From: Candidatus Zhuqueibacterota bacterium 4484_219
Lineage (GTDB): Bacteria > Zhuqueibacterota > JdFR-76 > 4484-219
Direction of reading: 5' to 3'
Length of the DNA stretch: 43,778 bases
Assembly: GCA_002085035.1 (NCBI GenBank)
Contig: MZGM01000001.1
Location: 1-43,778 of the forward strand
The notes below the pieces were generated by a model that worked only from the letters and a program-made list of their open reading frames with translations, did no database searches and had not been told where the DNA came from. A program made the position numbers and the translations under genes. Position 1 is the first letter of the stretch, and every line of letters begins with the position of its first letter. Of the stretch, positions 24,648 to 33,781 are shown one piece after another.

Positions 24648-26384
24648 TTGAACGGAAATCCTGTCGATTATGATATTTCAAAATCGGGTTTGATAATTCT
24701 TCTTTTTACTACAACTATTTTGGCAATAAGTTGTGCAAATGTGGGCTTTCCGCCCGGTGGGCCTGTCGATCGCACACCGCCAACTATTGTTGACACCTTT
24801 CCTTTTCCAGCCAGCCTAAAGGTGGATCGTAATGTAACAGTGAGCATTACTTTCAGTGAACGCGTGGATCGTCGTTCGGTAGAGGAAACATTATTTATTG
24901 CTCCCAATCCTGGCAAGAATTTACGATTAAAATGGAAGGGGAAAAGGTTAGTTATTTGTTTTACTAAACCGCTACGCCCTGATCAAACCTATGTGATTAC
25001 TATTGGGACAAGCACACGCGACTTACGTGGTAATCACATGAAGGAGTCGTTTTCGTTAGCTTTTTCCACAGGTGATCATCTGGATCGGGGGGTGATTTCT
25101 GGACGAGTGTATGGCGTTACTAATCCTCAGGAGGTTTCAATCTGGGGATATTTCCTGGAGCAAGATGAGTTAGACCCTCGAAAAATTTTTCCAGATTACG
25201 TTACCCAGTGTGATCTGAAAGGACGTTTTCAATTTAGCAATTTAGCTCTCCGAAATTACCGAATTTTTGCCATTATCGACCGGGACAAAAATTTGCTTTA
25301 CACCCCCGGCTACGATGCTATTGGTGTGCCTTCTAAAGATGTCTCCCTTTCGCCCAGTAAGCCCCAGAGTAAAGAGTGTCTGTTTCGGGTAGCTGTTCAT
25401 GACACTACTAAACTGTCGTTGTTGGGTATTTCAGTACCGGATCGGCGGCACCTTGAGCTGCGTTGCAATAAACCAGTGGATGCAGTTGATGTGGTTCGGG
25501 AAAATTTCACCCTGTACTCTGATTCACTGCAACGAAGTTTACCAATTCAAGCGGTGTATCTCGATCGACAAAATCCTGTCTACATTCACTTTGTAGTGGA
25601 TTTGCCATGTCCAGGGGAGTATCAGCTTTTGGTGCGTCGATTACGGGATCAATTTGGCAATGTTCTGCCCGTAGATAGGGCTAAAATCAAATTTGTGAAA
25701 GCTACAATAAATCCTGATACACTCCATCCCCGATTGTTGAGCTTTTATCCTCCTGATAGCACCCGGAATTTATTGCCCAATGAATCTCTGGAGCTAATTT
25801 TTAGCGAGGCAATGGACAGCGTTTCTGTTGAAACTAACTTTTGGGTGCTGGATTCAGCTAATGCACTGGTTGCCGGAAAATTTGAATGGCTTAATCCAGC
25901 GGTGGTGCAATTTCGACCCTGGACTAACAACAAGCAGTCAGGCTGGGTTAGTCGGATGGCCTACAGGGTATTTCTTCGGGCTGATTCGGTGTGCGACATT
26001 AGTGGTAACTGTTTAGGTGATAGTCTTCTAAATTGGCGTTTTTGGGTAGTGAATCAAGACACTCTGAGTTCTATCTCTGGAGTTGTAAAAGATGAAGATC
26101 CTGCTGGGGTGGGTAAAATTTTTCTCACTGCTACTCAGGTGAAAGGAGGTAAGGCTACTACAACGATAAGATTAGATTCATTAGGTTCGTATGAGTTTTC
26201 TTACCTTCTGCCGGGGATTTACACAATCGAAGGCTTCCGCGACGCTGATGGCAATGGACGTTATTCATTAGGGAAACCGTATCCGTTCATTCCAGCGGAG
26301 CGGTTCGTCGTTTATCCCGATTCCATCGCTGTGCGTGCTCGCTGGCCAAACGAAGGTAATGATATTATTTTTCGAAATGATTGA
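24648..26384 (+). CDS. Lipoprotein with SbsA-type Ig-like (Big_5-like) domains and a C-terminal carboxypeptidase-regulatory-like beta-sandwich
   Basis: Lipobox LAISC. The pattern recurs as DRTPPTIVDTFP..VTVSITFSERVDRRSVEE and ..LHPRLLSFYPPDS..LELIFSEAMDSVSVE. The C-terminus reads SISGVV..YEFSYLLPGIYTIEGFRDADGNG. TTG start. Confidence 0.6.
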   Translation: MNGNPVDYDISKSGLIILLFTTTILAISCANVGFPPGGPVDRTPPTIVDTFPFPASLKVDRNVTVSITFSERVDRRSVEETLFIAPNPGKNLRLKWKGKRLVICFTKPLRPDQTYVITIGTSTRDLRGNHMKESFSLAFSTGDHLDRGVISGRVYGVTNPQEVSIWGYFLEQDELDPRKIFPDYVTQCDLKGRFQFSNLALRNYRIFAIIDRDKNLLYTPGYDAIGVPSKDVSLSPSKPQSKECLFRVAVHDTTKLSLLGISVPDRRHLELRCNKPVDAVDVVRENFTLYSDSLQRSLPIQAVYLDRQNPVYIHFVVDLPCPGEYQLLVRRLRDQFGNVLPVDRAKIKFVKATINPDTLHPRLLSFYPPDSTRNLLPNESLELIFSEAMDSVSVETNFWVLDSANALVAGKFEWLNPAVVQFRPWTNNKQSGWVSRMAYRVFLRADSVCDISGNCLGDSLLNWRFWVVNQDTLSSISGVVKDEDPAGVGKIFLTATQVKGGKATTTIRLDSLGSYEFSYLLPGIYTIEGFRDADGNGRYSLGKPYPFIPAERFVVYPDSIAVRARWPNEGNDIIFRND

Positions 26385-26414
26385 GTTACTCATCGAAAAA
26401 ATAAGAGGTTAACT

Positions 26415-27194
26415 ATGTTTGGACGGATCAAAGGAAGAATAAGATTTGACAAAAAAGGATTGGTACCAGCTATTGTTCAGGATGCTGTGTCGCAAGAAGT
26501 GTTAATGATAGTGCGCATGGATAAGAAAGCTCTTAAAAAAACAATGGATAGCGGGGACCTATGGCTGTACAACCGTAGTCTCAAGAAAGTTTGGAAAAAA
26601 GGGCAACATAGCGGCAACACAATGACAGTTAAATCTATACGTCTCCATCACAACAAAAATGCTTTGTTGGTTTTAGTTATTCCCCATGGACCTGCTTGTC
26701 ATACTGGCAATAATACCTGCTTTTATGAAACCTACTGGCAAGGAGAAGAGATTGCTGATGAACTAAATAAAGAAATGGCAGAGAGAGAGGAGAGTGATTC
26801 CAATTTGAGAACGGCACCAGAGCCTGATGAACAGAACACCATTTCTGCTGATGAATCTGAGGTTGAATCGAGGGTTACTGAGGAATTTCAAGCGAAACAG
26901 GATGATGTTTTAAGTCAGGTGTATAGTCTAATTCAGAGACGACGGGCAAATCCTGTGGCTGGTTCCTCCAGGTCGCAGCTTTTCGGGTTGGGAAAGGAAG
27001 AAATAGCCAAAAGGTTGGGAACCGAAGCGGTCACCCTTGCTTTGAGTTTAACGCAAGCTCAATCGCAAAAAATTGTGCACAAGTCTGTTGACCTATTGTA
27101 TCTTTGGTTGTTACTTTTGGCGGATCAGGGTATTTCATTAGCGGATGTTCTACGGGAATTGTGGCGGCGGTACCAGGACGAAGAGGTAGATTAA
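26415..27194 (+). CDS. HisIE-like bifunctional protein (PRA-CH + PRA-PH folds) with divergent catalytic motifs and an acidic insert
   Basis: HisI-like N-terminus: GLVPAIVQDAVSQEVLMI.., GPACHTGNNTCFY. HisE-like C-terminus: LSQVYSLIQRR.., IAKRLGTEAV.., DLLYLWLLLLADQGISLADV. The canonical DCDxD and EExxE / ExxD motifs are substituted (see findings). Confidence 0.75.
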   Translation: MFGRIKGRIRFDKKGLVPAIVQDAVSQEVLMIVRMDKKALKKTMDSGDLWLYNRSLKKVWKKGQHSGNTMTVKSIRLHHNKNALLVLVIPHGPACHTGNNTCFYETYWQGEEIADELNKEMAEREESDSNLRTAPEPDEQNTISADESEVESRVTEEFQAKQDDVLSQVYSLIQRRRANPVAGSSRSQLFGLGKEEIAKRLGTEAVTLALSLTQAQSQKIVHKSVDLLYLWLLLLADQGISLADVLRELWRRYQDEEVD

Positions 27195-27196
27195 CG

Positions 27197-28798
27197 TTAT
27201 TTTCTTTTATTCAGAGTAGATATGGTTAGCAATTTAGCTGCTTCAGGGAAATAGTCCATGGCTTTTTGGAGTACGGAGTCACGAGTTAAATTTACTTGAA
27301 ATTGACCATCCTTTCCCCAGACGATGTAAGCGATTTGTCGTTTAAGAAGAAAGCGAATATCTTTAGCGTTCTGTTGGAATTTTTCTTTACTGATTTCGGG
27401 CTTAATCTTCATTACATATTCAGCAAAATTGTCAAGCGTTTCTGGGGGAAGTTGGTAATTTTGAGCAAAATCTATTACATCCATTTGTCTAATTTGGGGA
27501 TTGTTTTTGAGAAATTCTTCAGCGAAAGTGTAGAAAAAGCGCTGTTCATCATAGATTAAATCAATAGTAAATTTTGAAGGAGGTTTTTCGTTGCTAGTTA
27601 GCCAGATGTCGGGTGCAATGCCACCACCTCCGTACACGGTACGGCCGGCAAATGTTTTGAATTTTGGTAACTTGGCTAATTGTTGTTGTCTTAGACTGTC
27701 GTTGTAAGCTTCGCGGTAATAATCCTCCCAGGACTTATGGCTAAAATCCCGTTGAATAAGACGCCCCGAAGGAGTGTAATACTTAGCAGTAGTGATTAGC
27801 AGAACCGAGCCATCGGAAAAAGGGTATTGGGTTTGTACCAGACCTTTACCAAATGTTGTTTGTCCCACAATAAGGCCGCGATCCCAATCCTGGATAGCAC
27901 CGGCGACAATTTCCGAAGCAGAAGCACTTGTATGATCTACAAGTACAATAAGAGGAAACATCGGATGCACTCCTTGAGGAGAGGCAAAATACTCTCGATA
28001 GGCTGCAGGGATACGTCCCTTGGTGTAGACAATCATTTTGCCCCCGGGAATGAATTTGTTGGCCACCTCTACCGCCATCTGCAAATAACCACCGCTGTTA
28101 CCTCGCAGATCAAGAATAAGTTTTTCCAAACCTTGAGCTTCCAGATTTGTTAGTGCTGTTTCCAGTTCTTGACCTGTAGTTCTGGAGAATCGAGCAATGC
28201 GAATATAGCCTAACCCGGGACGGAGAAAAGTCGCTTGTGGAATACTTTCAACTTCGATTTTTTGGCGGACAATTGTAAACTCCTTGGGTTTGTCCCATCC
28301 TTGACGTTCTACAGTAACCCGTACAGTGGTTCCAGGAGGTCCCATTAGTTTTTTGGGCACATCATTACGTTTGATGCCGATAGCCGATTCGCCGTTTATC
28401 TCTATGATTCGATCGCCCGGTAACAGACCCAGTTTATGAGACGGACCGCCTTCCATCACAGACATGATGGTGATTTTATTCTTGATGATGTCAAAACTGA
28501 TACCGATACCGGAGTAGCCCTGATAGGTTTTGCTCCAATTTTTGAATTCTTCTGCGGTCAGATAAGTAGTGTGAGGGTCTAAGTTTTTGATCATCCCCCG
28601 GATGGCATCATCGATAAGGCTGGTAGGATTAACCTCTTCAACGTAAACGCTTTCGATTGTGTTAAGTACCGCGTTGAAAACTTGAATTTTCTGGTAAAGA
28701 TTTTTTGTCTGGGAAATCCCGTAATTACTGGACCCCTCTGCCCAGAAAAAAACAAATATCAACGCGCAGGCAACAATTATTTTAGAACGCTTTTTCAT
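27197..28798 (-). CDS. S41 family C-terminal processing (tail-specific) peptidase with PDZ domain
   Basis: Signal peptide MKKRSKIIVACALIFVFFWA. PDZ segment GIGISFD..VMEGGPSHKLGLLPGDRIIEING. Catalytic region LDLRGNSGGYL, VDHTSASASEIVAGA, GQTTFGKGLVQ. Confidence 0.9.
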   Translation of the reverse strand: MKKRSKIIVACALIFVFFWAEGSSNYGISQTKNLYQKIQVFNAVLNTIESVYVEEVNPTSLIDDAIRGMIKNLDPHTTYLTAEEFKNWSKTYQGYSGIGISFDIIKNKITIMSVMEGGPSHKLGLLPGDRIIEINGESAIGIKRNDVPKKLMGPPGTTVRVTVERQGWDKPKEFTIVRQKIEVESIPQATFLRPGLGYIRIARFSRTTGQELETALTNLEAQGLEKLILDLRGNSGGYLQMAVEVANKFIPGGKMIVYTKGRIPAAYREYFASPQGVHPMFPLIVLVDHTSASASEIVAGAIQDWDRGLIVGQTTFGKGLVQTQYPFSDGSVLLITTAKYYTPSGRLIQRDFSHKSWEDYYREAYNDSLRQQQLAKLPKFKTFAGRTVYGGGGIAPDIWLTSNEKPPSKFTIDLIYDEQRFFYTFAEEFLKNNPQIRQMDVIDFAQNYQLPPETLDNFAEYVMKIKPEISKEKFQQNAKDIRFLLKRQIAYIVWGKDGQFQVNLTRDSVLQKAMDYFPEAAKLLTISTLNKRK

Positions 28799-28828
28799 GG
28801 TTTTCCTTTTATGAAATGATGTTTGAGT

Positions 28829-30091
28829 TCAACGAATCATTTGACTTTGAATAAGCTTCGGAGAGATCATGTTTCGTTCAGTGTAAAGGCACACTCGATT
28901 CCGTCCCAGATTTTTAGCATAGTACAATGCTGCGTCGGCTTTTATCAGAAGCTCTTTGGTGATTTTAGCGTCATTAGGATAGGTAGCAGCTCCCAGACTT
29001 ATGGTTAAGCAGTTATTTGGCTGTATTTCTTCTTTGAAGAAAGGGTATTCTTCCACGTTTTGGCGCAGACGCTCGCAGAATATTTTGGTACCTTTTTCAT
29101 CTACTTCCGGGAGAATAATGCAAAACTCTTCGCCACCATAGCGTGCCACTACATCAGTGTCGCGGACCGAATTCATAAGGATTTTGGCAATTTGCTTAAG
29201 TACCTGGTCTCCGGCCGGATGCCCCAGAGTATCGTTGTAGTTCTTAAAATGATCCACATCAAGGATTACTAAAGATACCGGGCGAGCACTGCGGCGTGCT
29301 CGAGAAACTTCATCCCGCAGCCTAATCCGAAAATAACGGTAATTGTACAGCCCGGTCAATTCGTCGGTAATGGACTGTTCCTTCAAACGGTGGTAAAGTT
29401 GAGCATTTGCTATGGCCACAGCAACAATGTTGGAAATAAGAGTTAGCATCTCAAGATCAGTCTGAGTATATGGTTCGCCATTGATTTTTGATCCTGATAC
29501 CATTATGCCAATTAGCTTATGGGAATGGATTAAGGGAGTGATCACCTCCGAATCGTAATGTCGAAAATACTCGATCTCCTTAAGAGAAGTTAATTCATCA
29601 GCTATGACTATTGGTTGGCGTTTCTGGAATACTGTTTCGACAATATTATCGGTGGTCTCAAAAGTTAGTTTTTCAGCCTCTTCTTCAGTCAATCCTTTCG
29701 CTTTGCTAACATGTAAAGTGCGTTTGTTATGAGTATCTACTAAATAAAGAACGGCATTTTTAATGCGTAGCTGTCCGATTACGGTATTGAGATAGGAGTT
29801 TATTAACTGTTCTAACTCCCGAATAGCAGTAAGATCCAAACTTATTTGGAAGAGATTATGTAATTCATAAATGTGTCGTTTCAGTTCTCGATTGAGTAAT
29901 GTTAACTCCTGAGTTTTGGAGTCGATTTGCTGACGGTATGCCTTGGTTTTCAGCAACACTCCGGATTCAGTCAATTCATCAGTAATTGTCAAAATACGTG
30001 AGCTGAGTTTGCGGTTAGCTAAAATAGCAATAGTAAGCAGAAGTACTGCTCCTACAAACAGTTTGTAGCCAACAGATACGGATGTAAACAC
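28829..30091 (-). CDS. TM / coiled-coil / GAF / GGDEF diguanylate cyclase with intact I-site
   Basis: DELTGLYNYRYF, LDVDHFKNYNDTLGHPAGD, RYGGEEF. An RDTD (RxxD) motif lies five residues upstream of GGEEF. The GAF-like middle segment reads ..PLIHSHKLIGIMVSGSK..VAVAIANAQL. GTG start with no obvious SD. Confidence 0.85.
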   Translation of the reverse strand: MFTSVSVGYKLFVGAVLLLTIAILANRKLSSRILTITDELTESGVLLKTKAYRQQIDSKTQELTLLNRELKRHIYELHNLFQISLDLTAIRELEQLINSYLNTVIGQLRIKNAVLYLVDTHNKRTLHVSKAKGLTEEEAEKLTFETTDNIVETVFQKRQPIVIADELTSLKEIEYFRHYDSEVITPLIHSHKLIGIMVSGSKINGEPYTQTDLEMLTLISNIVAVAIANAQLYHRLKEQSITDELTGLYNYRYFRIRLRDEVSRARRSARPVSLVILDVDHFKNYNDTLGHPAGDQVLKQIAKILMNSVRDTDVVARYGGEEFCIILPEVDEKGTKIFCERLRQNVEEYPFFKEEIQPNNCLTISLGAATYPNDAKITKELLIKADAALYYAKNLGRNRVCLYTERNMISPKLIQSQMIR

Positions 30092-30288
30092 ATCAAATTG
30101 GTGAACAGATTAGAAATGAAGTTCGGATTTGTGCTAAATTCATAAAAATATAATCATTCTTCACAGGAATGTCAAGTATTTTCGTAGCAGGATTGTTTCT
30201 ATTGGTTAGTAAAATCAAGATGTTGTTCCTAAGTAGGCAAAGAAACTACTCGATATGGATGAGAAATAGTGCCACAGGCAGAATTTTC

Positions 30289-30317
30289 TTGACATTCTGG
30301 TAACGTTTTGCTAATTT
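30289..30317 (+). promoter_or_regulatory. Sigma-70-like promoter for the fadI-fadJ operon
   Basis: TTGACA (30289-30294), a 17-nt spacer, then TAATTT (30312-30317), about 35 nt upstream of ATG 30352. SD GAGGAGAGG. Confidence 0.4.
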
Positions 30318-30351
30318 AGTTGCGGTTACGTGCTCACAGAGGAGAGGATAC

Positions 30352-31644
30352 ATGAAAGAGGTAGTAATTGTTGGAGGTTTACGCACGCCTTTTATCAAAG
30401 CCTGGACGTTGTTCAATTTCATTCCGGCGCAAGAGTTAGGGCGGGTTGTTGTTTCTGAACTTTTGCAACGATTAGAATTGGATCCTGCCCAGGTTGACGA
30501 AGTCATTTTTGGTAATATTGTTACCCCAGCGGAAGCGGCTAATATTGCTCGCGTTATTGCTTTAATGGGTGGACTTCCAGCGCATGTGCCAGCTTACACA
30601 ATTTCTCGCAATTGTGCTTCGGGGGTGGAGTCTATCGCACATGCTTACTACATGATTCAACGTGGGGAAGCCGAAATTGTAATTGCTGGTGGGGTGGAAT
30701 CGATGAGTAACATCCCGTTGATTTATCAAAAGGAAACGGCTGAAATTTTTACTGCTTTATCACGGGCCAAAAGTTTGAAGCAACGTCTACAGGCTTTTTT
30801 AAAATCTCGTCCTCGCCATTTTTTTAGACCTGTAATAGGGCTACAACAGGGATTGACTGATGGCTACTGTGGTTTAAATATGGGGGAAACTGCTGAAGTA
30901 TTGGCTCGCGAGTGGGTGATTACCAGGCAACAGCAAGATAAATTTGCTTTTACCAGTCATCAACGAGCCGCGGCTGCTGCCGAGGCTGGAAAGTTGAGGG
31001 AAGAAATTGTACCGGTTTACGTGCCACCCGATTACGAAGCAGTTCTTGACGATAATGGCATCCGCAAAGGACAGTCACTGGAAGCACTGGCAGAATTGAA
31101 ACCGGCATTCGACTCTTGTCATGGCACTGTTACCGCTGGCAACGCTAGTCAAATTACTGATGGTGCGGCTGCTGTGGTAGTTATGTCTGCCGAAAAGGCC
31201 AGAGCTCTTGGTTACGAGTCGCTGGGAAGTATCCGTACCTATGCTTATGCTGCTTTAAAGCCCACCCGAATGGGTTTGGGGCCGGCGCTGGCTATTCCCA
31301 AAGCTCTGGAAAAAGCTAAACTGCAATTTACTGATATTCAGTTGTGGGAAATCAATGAGGCTTTTGCTGCTCAGGTGTTAGCGGTAGAAAAGGCGTTGAA
31401 CTCCAAAAGATTTGCCCAAGAGTATCTTGGTAGAGATGAAGTTGTGGGAGAAATTGATGATGAAATGCTAAATGTGAACGGTGGGGCTATTGCTTTAGGG
31501 CATCCTGTGGGAGCTTCGGCAACCCGTTTGGTTATTACCCTACTTCGGGAGATGCAACGGCGCAATTTGCAGCTGGGATTGGTTTCTATGTGTGTTGGCG
31601 GGGGACAAGGTGCAGCAATGATTTTAGAGAGACTTACCAGGTGA
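30352..31644 (+). CDS. fadI: Acetyl-CoA C-acyltransferase (3-ketoacyl-CoA thiolase, FadI/FadA type)
   Basis: 430 aa, collinear with FadI-type thiolases. Motifs: GLRTPF, active-site SRNCASG, insert ..KSLKQRLQAF.., HGTVTAGNASQITDGAAAV, NGGAIALGHP, CVGGGQGAAM. The thiolase-first gene order matches fadIJ. Confidence 0.9.
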   Translation: MKEVVIVGGLRTPFIKAWTLFNFIPAQELGRVVVSELLQRLELDPAQVDEVIFGNIVTPAEAANIARVIALMGGLPAHVPAYTISRNCASGVESIAHAYYMIQRGEAEIVIAGGVESMSNIPLIYQKETAEIFTALSRAKSLKQRLQAFLKSRPRHFFRPVIGLQQGLTDGYCGLNMGETAEVLAREWVITRQQQDKFAFTSHQRAAAAAEAGKLREEIVPVYVPPDYEAVLDDNGIRKGQSLEALAELKPAFDSCHGTVTAGNASQITDGAAAVVVMSAEKARALGYESLGSIRTYAYAALKPTRMGLGPALAIPKALEKAKLQFTDIQLWEINEAFAAQVLAVEKALNSKRFAQEYLGRDEVVGEIDDEMLNVNGGAIALGHPVGASATRLVITLLREMQRRNLQLGLVSMCVGGGQGAAMILERLTR

Positions 31645-31648
31645 AGAG

Positions 31649-33742
31649 GTGAACAAACTTTCCACTGAAGTAATGGAAGAATTGGACAAGCGACTTGATG
31701 AACTTTGGAAGTGGAAAGATGTGAAAGCTGTAGTGATTACCAGCAAGAAATCAGGAATTTTTGTAGCGGGTGCCGATATTGAAGAGATTCGTCGTATTTC
31801 TGATCCAGAGGCGGGGGAAACGAAAGCACGTCGAGGGCAATTGATCTTAGAAAAAATCAATCGCCTGGAAATACCAGTAATAGCTGCCATCAATGGTACA
31901 TGTTTGGGTGGCGGACTGGAGTTGGCTTTAGCCTGCCATTATCGTATTGCCAAAGATGATCCCCAAACCAGGATCGGCTTTCCAGAGATAAAATTAGGCA
32001 TCTTGCCAGGATTCGGGGGAACCCAGCGATTGCCGCGTTTAGTTGGCCTTCGGAAGGCGTTAGATTTAATTCTTACAGGTCGCAATCTTGATGTGCAGAA
32101 GGCCTATCAAATGGGAATAATAGACAAATTTGTCCCAAGAGAATATCCGGATTCCTATTTTTCTACCGCAGTAAACGAATTTGTTGCAGAGATTCTTCAG
32201 ACTGGGGGCAAGAAGTACATTCGGCGGCGTAAAAAGAGTGGTTTGTTGAACTTTCTGTTCGAAGGCAATACTTTAGGCCGCTGTTTGATTTTTAGTCAGG
32301 CGCGTAAAAGAGTACTTAAGCGCACAGGTGGGCATTACCCAGCACCACTAAAGGCAATTATTGCCATGAAACAAGGATTGCGAACTTCATTGCAGAAGGG
32401 TTTGATGATCGAAGCTAAGCTGCTGGGCGAATTGGTGGTCACCGAGATTTGTAAAAATTTGATTTCTGTTTTCTATTTAACCGAAGAGATTCGTAAAGAT
32501 CCAGGAGTTGATGTTTCTACAGTAAAGCCCCGGCAGTTGAAACGTTTGGGTGTGCTCGGTGCGGGAGTGATGGGGGGAGGGATTGCTCAACTTCTTGCTC
32601 AAAATGATATTCTGGTACGTTTGAAGGATGTCGATCACCAAGCAATTGGCAAAGGACTGGCTGCTGCAGCAAAGGTTTTTCAAACACAAGTCAAGCAGCG
32701 ACGTATAAGGCCGCTGGAAATGCAAATCAAAATGGGGCTTATTAGTCCCACTTTAGATTATTCTGGATTTGGACAGGTAGATGGCGTGATCGAAGCTGTA
32801 GTAGAGGATATGGATGTGAAAAAGAAAGTATTAGTGGAGGTAGAGGAAAAACTGCCCTCTCGTGCCATTTTTGCCTCCAATACTTCGGCTCTTTCCATCA
32901 CTGAGTTGGCAAAAGTTTCCAAGCGTCCAGAGAGAGTAATTGGAATGCATTTTTTTAACCCGCCCCATCGTATGTCCTTAGTTGAAGTGATTCGCGGCGA
33001 AAAGACTTCTGACGAAACTGTTGCTACTATTGTAGCATTGGCAAAAAAACTGGGTAAGAGCCCCATTGTGGTAAAGGACTCTCCAGGGTTTGTGGTCAAC
33101 CGTTTGCTTTTGCCCTATTTGAACGAGGCGGCTTTTTTGTTAGAAGAGGGAGTGAGGATTGAGGCGATTGATAAAGCCATGCTGAACTTTGGCATGCCCA
33201 TGGGCCCAATTCATTTGTTAGATGAAATTGGTATCGATGTAGCCGCCAAAGTAGCTCATATTATGGAAGACGCTTTTGGCGAGCGGATGCAAGCTTCAAA
33301 GATTTTGGAAAAGGTGGTCGATGCGGGTCGAGTAGGGAAAAAGGGCAATAAAGGGTTTTACAAGTTCAACGGTAAGAAAAAACGTGTAGACCGTTCGGTA
33401 TATGCTGATTTCAAAGAACTGATTAATAAGGGTGATAAGCTGAATCGTCAGCAAATGCAAGAGCGTATGGTATTTGCTATGATTAATGAAGCGGCCCGTT
33501 GCATTGAAGAAGGAATTACCCGTCGCCCGACTGATATAGATGTAGGAGTAATTTTGGGGATGGGCTTTCCGCCTTTCCGGGGAGGTCTTCTAAAATATGC
33601 TGATACTATTGGTCTTGCCACTGTGGCCGAGCGCCTTCAGACTTTTTACCAAGATTATGGTAAACGCTACGAACCGGCCTCACTATTGTTGGAAATGGCA
33701 GAAAGAGGTAGAAGTTTCTACGAAGAACCTGACTTTCTCTGA
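31649..33742 (+). CDS. fadJ: Fused enoyl-CoA hydratase / 3-hydroxyacyl-CoA dehydrogenase (FadJ/FadB type), N-terminally short
   Basis: Crotonase motifs FVAGADI, GTCLGGGLELALACH, PEIKLGILPGFGGTQRLPRLVG. HAD Rossmann GVLGAGVMGGGIA, ASNTS, HFFNPP. GTG start; about 20-25 N-terminal residues seem to be missing (see findings). Confidence 0.85.
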   Translation: MNKLSTEVMEELDKRLDELWKWKDVKAVVITSKKSGIFVAGADIEEIRRISDPEAGETKARRGQLILEKINRLEIPVIAAINGTCLGGGLELALACHYRIAKDDPQTRIGFPEIKLGILPGFGGTQRLPRLVGLRKALDLILTGRNLDVQKAYQMGIIDKFVPREYPDSYFSTAVNEFVAEILQTGGKKYIRRRKKSGLLNFLFEGNTLGRCLIFSQARKRVLKRTGGHYPAPLKAIIAMKQGLRTSLQKGLMIEAKLLGELVVTEICKNLISVFYLTEEIRKDPGVDVSTVKPRQLKRLGVLGAGVMGGGIAQLLAQNDILVRLKDVDHQAIGKGLAAAAKVFQTQVKQRRIRPLEMQIKMGLISPTLDYSGFGQVDGVIEAVVEDMDVKKKVLVEVEEKLPSRAIFASNTSALSITELAKVSKRPERVIGMHFFNPPHRMSLVEVIRGEKTSDETVATIVALAKKLGKSPIVVKDSPGFVVNRLLLPYLNEAAFLLEEGVRIEAIDKAMLNFGMPMGPIHLLDEIGIDVAAKVAHIMEDAFGERMQASKILEKVVDAGRVGKKGNKGFYKFNGKKKRVDRSVYADFKELINKGDKLNRQQMQERMVFAMINEAARCIEEGITRRPTDIDVGVILGMGFPPFRGGLLKYADTIGLATVAERLQTFYQDYGKRYEPASLLLEMAERGRSFYEEPDFL

Positions 33743-33781
33743 GGAGTTTAGGTTCTTCTATGTAGCTTAAAGTAGGAGATT

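Noticed and set aside
27190-27200. Convergent stops of the HisIE-like gene and the S41 peptidase gene only 2 nt apart, with no terminator
   Set aside because: It is real in the sequence, but compact convergent gene ends are common. There is nothing more to interpret without transcript data.
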